A stretch of 63,861 bases of DNA, filler included, from Octopus bimaculoides (taxonomy: Eukaryota), in the NCBI RefSeq assembly GCF_001194135.2. It is 7 parts of 6 records of this genome, joined end to end, with 100 filler letters (N's around TTAATTAATTAA, not from the genome) between each part and the next. Parts side by side here need not be neighbours in the genome. Positions count along the whole stretch, not along the records: positions 45,348 to 63,861 come from NC_068991.1; 6 more parts are not named here. One strand, given 5' to 3'. The translations under genes and the position numbers were made by a program. Position 1 is the first letter of the stretch; each line of letters starts with the position of its first letter. Of the stretch, positions 63,092-63,861 are shown one piece after another. Under the pieces are notes generated by a model. The model did not search any database. It saw nothing but the letters and a program-made list of their open reading frames with translations, and was not told where the DNA came from.

Positions 63092-63861
63092 GTAACCCCA
63101 ACCAACTTGAGTTAGCATCTTTAAAATAGGTTTTAACTCTATTTATAGAATATTACCACTACTAACTCTGCTCTCTTACTTTGCTTCCTTCCTTTAATAC
63201 TATTCTCCGAATGCCACCAACACCATCACCACCTGCAGGTTCCTTCATATCCTGACACTGTACACAGCTTTTAAATACTTTTCCACATTACCTCTCCACA
63301 CTCTTTTTCTCGACCTATCCATTTCTTTACTAAACTTATACTTCCACCCCTATATTCTTCCCTTTGCTCTCTCTCCTTCTTCCTTCCTTCCTGTCAGAAT
63401 AACTGACCTAACGATCGCCTACTACTAGCAACAGTATTTCCATTTCTCCCTTAAATTACTTCCTCCTCCCTTCCTTCCTGTCTTAAGGCTTGACCTCTTA
63501 ATCCTACACACGTCTTTCACTCGATTCGGACTATCCTTTGAGTAAACAACACACAGAGTATACTGGATACGATATGATATATATCCACCTTTGCAAGTAC
63601 AATTATCTCCGGAAAATACCCACACGGATTCTTTTCATGGATGTTCACTGTTGGAATGGAACTATACTCCAAGTACTTTTTCTTCTTTGTTCTTTCTTCT
63701 ACGCATCGCTCTCACTTCTTACTACAAATCTCCTCTTATAGATGTAATAATCCATTCTTATACTATTACCGTCTCCGATGAAACAGCTGTAAGACTTTAT
63801 ACATAAAATATAATTCTACCTTTGCCATTGGTCTCTTTATCTTATTCTTTTATATATATAT

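Overview
This is AT-rich, microsatellite-saturated animal DNA from a gapped draft assembly. The SINE families and repeat load suggest an octopod cephalopod such as Octopus (inference). Six TTAATTAATTAA strings centred in N runs are artificial scaffold linkers. Almost all ORF-track entries are microsatellite or N-gap artefacts, and there is no complete host gene. The only host coding signal is a set of in-frame minus-strand exons of an unidentified acidic Ser/Thr-rich protein (32578-32411, 32083-32050, 29406-29381), plus a weaker candidate at 46139-46009. The rest is mobile-element material: several modular tRNA-derived SINE families; fragments of R4/Dong-like, Tx1/L1-like, RTE and Penelope-like retroelements; a full-length decayed Buster-type hAT; a mariner derivative built from two 5' ends; several MITEs; and an inverted-repeat-bounded SAP + partial SWIM element. 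The best leads are: (1) hammerhead-ribozyme cores tied to Penelope-like repeats, best at 35587-35714; (2) a 3.2-kb contig that starts and ends inside exons, possibly one unit of a repeated exon cassette; (3) the SAP-SWIM element; (4) RTE 3' ends with serial C2H2 fingers; (5) SINE domain shuffling. No novel system is proven. All family assignments are by eye, without database searches, and many boundaries are approximate.
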